Source: Eledone cirrhosa (lineage: Eukaryota). Taken from it: DNA of 64,000 bases. Shown here piece by piece: positions 59,605 to 64,000 of this stretch (its first letter is position 1; every line of letters begins with the position of its first letter). Both the position numbers and the translations under genes were made by a program. Location of the stretch: NCBI GenBank assembly GCA_964016885.1, contig OZ024742.1:188914001-188978000 (forward strand), read 5' to 3'. Under the pieces are notes generated by a model. It was not told where the DNA came from. It did no database searches and saw nothing but the letters and a program-made list of their open reading frames with translations.

Positions 59605-61780
59605 TTGAGTCTCAGTCATTGATGTTAGTTAACTGGAAAGTCCGTTGAAATAAATATCAAGCCACTACCTGCAGCCTTAGATATTCAGGACGTATCGGAG
59701 GGTTCTTGCTGTTCCCAGCAAGCATGCCTTTTGAAGCGTTCCAAAAAGCGTGAAGGGGCCAATTTTATTTAACCATCCCTGGAAACTTTTTGAGATAGTA
59801 CCTAGTGCGCCTATGACAATCGGGTTCACTTTGACTTCATGGCAGTTCCAAGTCCTTTTTACTTCCCACTTTAAGTCCTGGTATCGGTTAATTTTCTCCC
59901 TCTCCTTCTCTTGCACTCTCGTGTCAAATGGGTGGGCAGGTCACATCCACAATCAGACACGATATTTTTTCTTTGTCCAAAACCACCAGGTCAGGTCTAT
60001 TGTGTTCCAGTTTCTTGTCCGTCTGTATCCTAAAATCCCACAGCACCTTCACCTGATCGTTTTCTATCACCGCCTCTGGCTTATGCTCATACCACTTCTC
60101 AGAATGTGGTAAATTGTTTACTTTGCTTAGGTGCCAGTGGATCACCCTGCCCATCACATCATGTCTCCAGCCCTTATAGTGAGTCTGGGCTAGGTGTTTA
60201 CACTCGGATACAATGTGAGCCACAGTTTCCTCTCTCTCTCCACAGATCCTGCACAGTGGGCTAGCCTCCTCTTTGTAAATGTGGTGTTTCAACCACTTCG
60301 TTTTGAGGGCCTGCTCCTGCGCAGCCATTAACATTCCTTCTGTAGCCTTTTTAAGGTCTCCTCTTTTCAACCAGTTCCATGTCTGTGGATCTCTAAATTC
60401 AGTTCTCTCAAAGAAGGTACTATGAAGGGATTTTTCCTGAAGGCTGCTGTTTCTCCTTGATGTTATTTCCTCCTTGGACATCCCCTGGCCTATTGTCCCC
60501 TCCTTCAGTACAATTCTGAGCATTGGCTCCTTACTATCAGTCACGTGTTTGTGTAGGTTGTTTTTCTCCATCTGAACACAGTCCTCTATGCTGGTAAGAC
60601 CTCTTCCACCCTCAGATCTCCTTAAGTAGAGTCTATCGACATCACTCCTCTTGTGGAACATGTTGTAGATAGTCAATAGCTTCCTAGTCTTCCTATCCAT
60701 TTTTTTTTGTTCAGCAACATTCCATCTCAGAATTCCCGCATTGTACCTAATAATAGACACAGCTCGAGAATTTACTGCACTTATGGCATTCATACTGTTC
60801 AGATGTGACTTTAATACGCTCCTTACTCTCCGAAGGTATTCAGTTCTTATCAATTCCTTCATTTTTTTGTTCTTGATGTCATCAGCCTCCAGAACGCCCA
60901 AATACTTGTATCCTTCCTCAGAGTCAATTTCCTTTATCATCTCACCTGTTGGTATTTGGATTCCGTTACTTCTGCTCAACTTACCCCTCCTCATCACAAT
61001 GACTCCACATTTACTAATACCAAGTTGCATACATATATCATTGCTGAAAATACGGACAGTGTCAACAAGCACATCCAACTCCTTCTCACGCTTCCCAAGG
61101 ATTCTCCAGCTGATGTTAACTCTGTTTTCCAGGACTCCATACTTTTGCCCATCAACTTTCTGATGTTATCTGCCACCTTGAAGATCTCCAGGCTTTTGGT
61201 GATCCAAGAATGAGGCACCATGTCAAATGCCTTTTTGTAGTCTATCCATACCATGTCAAGACCAGTGTGTCTCCTCTTGCAATTCCTCATTACCATCTTA
61301 TCAATAAGTAACTGGTCCTTTATACCACGTGACTTCCTTCGGCATCCTTTGTGTTCGTCCGGTAACAAGTTGTTTGTGTGGAGGTGATGGTAGATTTCCT
61401 CAGACACAATGCTCGTCAACAGTTTCCACATTACGGACAGACATGTGATAGGTCTATAATTGGTAACATCATTACCCTTGATTCGGTCTTTCATTATCAG
61501 AACTGTGGTACCTTTTGTCAACCACTCTGGTACTTCACCTGACATCAAGCAGTCATTGAACATGGTTGTCAGTTTCGGGTGGAGGGATTGTTATATGTTT
61601 AATCCAATACCCCTGCACACCATCTGGGACTGGTGATTTCCAGTTGGTTAGTTTTTTGGCCTGTCCCTTAAGAGTTTCAACTGTGATACTCAAATCAGTT
61701 TGTTGGTGTGCCTGTTCACTAATCTCCTTCTGTACTGTCTCGATCCACACTGCCTGGTCATTATGTTTAACATCCTGCTC
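59605..61780 (-). pseudogene. Degenerate sister copy of the 53100-54975 element
   Basis: High visible identity; frameshifts near 59930 and 61570; deletion of about 180 bp of the RT core near 61088; 5' end abuts (TAA)n. Confidence 0.92.
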
Positions 61781-61781
61781 C

Positions 61782-61819
<38 letters not shown>

Positions 61820-62135
61820 ATTATTAATATCATCATCATCATCATCACCACCATTATACTAATAATAATATAATAATAATTATTATTATATGTTGTTTTA
61901 CTGGATTTCTTTTATCTTTTTTCTCAAATTTCTTAATATTTTTATTCGTTTTATTCCTGTTTATTTCTCGTTCCTAATTTTCTGTTTTATTGTTTCTTGT
62001 TCAGTTAAGATTTCTTTGTTTAATTTATTCACTGTTTCAGACTTCAGAAAATGTTCTCAATGTTGTTGTTATTGTTATTGTCAATGTAACTACACACTGT
62101 TCTCACTATCCCCTTTATGTATGTATTTATGTATG

Positions 62136-62195
<60 letters not shown>

Positions 62196-62243
62196 CGTGT
62201 GTGTGTGTGTATGTATGTATGTATGTATATATGTATGTATGTT

Positions 62244-62274
<31 letters not shown>

Positions 62275-62359
62275 ATGTATGTATATATGTATGTATATAT
62301 GTATGTTTATATATATATATATATGTATGTTTTCTCTTTCTCTTAATTTCGAGTATATT

Positions 62360-64000
62360 TTTTTGACCGGCCACCTTCCTGGTGGCAAGGTTGTAAAAGA
62401 AAAGAAATTGTCATCCCTTGAATCGCAAGAATGTTTTGCATATTTTGAAGGTGCCAGCTATCGCAGCCAATTGTAGACTATGAATTAGGGAGCTGCGCTT
62501 TTTGTCCGCAAATCCAAGTTCGGTCATACTTTGGTCCAAGCGGGTTGGTATATAACCCGTAGCACCAATAATGATGGGTATGAAGCTAAAGGTGTATCTT
62601 GGATACTGGATTTGTAAGCTCCTCATCAATGGTCCGTAGATGTCCTCCTTCTCCTGTATTTTTCTGACAACGTTTACATCAAGTGGGCAGCTGATCTCCA
62701 CAACAGAACACGTTTTCAATGTGTGGTCCCAAACTACAATATCAGGCCGGTTGTGCTTTAATTTGGTGGCAGTTTTTATTTTCAGGTTCCACCAGTATTC
62801 CTTAGTGCCATCTGTCTCAATATATTCTTCCTCGTTTGTTGTTAATTTTGTTTTCCGAAGTGCGTTCCAGATAGTTCTAGCTATCCCATCGTGTCTCATG
62901 GGGAGGTAGTAGCGAGATGACATTCTTTCGCAGCTGGCAACAATGTGGCTTACATCCTCGATCTTTGTTTTACATAGCCTACATTTATTGTCAGCTGCTG
63001 GCCCTCCTCTTTTGTGCAGCAGATATTTGGTAGGGAGTTCTTGTTCCTGTATTGCATAGAGATATCCCTCAAGGTGTGATGTCATAAACTTGTCGGAACT
63101 CCATGCCAGGCTTTTTGAGTGGTTTATCCCCTCTATGGTCTGTGTTTTACGCCTCAAGTATCCATGCACAACTTTCTCTGTAAATTGGTCAATTTTTTTT
63201 TTCTTGTTTGAACATTGAATAGGATCTTCCGATTTCTCTGGGTGAGAGATTTATATCAGGCTTTATTCCATATCTCTCCTCCAGATCAGTCGCTATTCTA
63301 ATGATATTTCTTTTTTCATGCTCATAAACCTGAGCAAGATGGTCGCCAACCTTTTTCCTCTGTTGAAGGTGTTGCTTCAGTGTTACTATCCGGGTCTCAT
63401 ATGTTGTTAATATTGATTTTAGACCCCGGCCACCTTCCTTGCGTGAGAAGTATAGCCTATCCACATCACCATTGATGTTAAAGTTCCCAGTAACACTGAG
63501 AAGTTTACGAGTTCTAACATCCATCTCACTTAGTTCTTGCAATGACCAGTTCAGTAGGCCAAATGTTGGCGTTATAATTGGCACAGCATAGGTATTGTGG
63601 GCAATGTATTTGTTGTATGCTGACAGTTCTGATGACCATATTTTTTTTACTCTTCTGAGGTATTCAGTTCTGGTTCTCTCCTTATTTATGGGTCCATCAT
63701 ATCTGACATTCTCATCCTGTCCAAGATATCTGTAGTTGTCACCTGACTGCAGAGGTTGTATTGTCAGGCCGTTCATATCTAGATTTCTAGAGGAGGGCAC
63801 AGCTCTTCCACGTTTTACTGCCAAATATGCACACTTGGACTCACCAAATTTCATTTTGATGTCGGTTGAAAATTGTGTAATGAGGTCCAATTGTTTCTTG
63901 ATGTCATTGATATTTGGCCCATACAACTTCAGGTCATCAACAAAGAAAAGATGGGAGATACTTCTGGGCCCACTTCTTTGTCCACCTTGTTTCCTGAGTA
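62360..64000 (-). mobile_element. 3' part of a third R4/Dong-like family (continues past the window end)
   Basis: HLFFVDDLKLYG, CRLCKTKIEDVSHIVASC, HNRPDIVVWD; single frameshift in an A10 run at 63193-63202. Confidence 0.9.

Overview
Eukaryotic, AT-rich, repeat-saturated DNA with no recognisable host protein-coding gene. The (TA)n density and the SINE family resemble octopus/coleoid cephalopod DNA (inference from recall, no search run). Most ORFs in the supplied track are microsatellite artefacts. Real coding content is all transposon-derived: three Penelope-like element (PLE) pieces, two of whose reading frames the ORF track misses (RT at 1-1267 on -, GIY-YIG at 20955-22016 on +); four same-strand R4/Dong-type restriction-endonuclease LINEs at 53.1-64 kb; an RTE fragment; mariner remnants. 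Also present: a non-autonomous Helitron, tRNA-derived SINEs, a 4.4-kb 14-bp minisatellite and a 200-N gap. The main signal is a set of short ORF-less islands inside (TA)n tracts. About nine are near-perfect fold-back palindromes, and many islands carry minimal type I hammerhead ribozyme (HHR) motifs from several unrelated families, including core variants. One palindrome family matches the terminal repeat of the PLE at 21-23.4 kb, which links the hairpins to PLE mobilisation. Other leads are a candidate -1 ribosomal frameshift in the first PLE and an HDV-like pseudoknot topology in a LINE 5' UTR. All RNA structures were paired by eye and none were computed.
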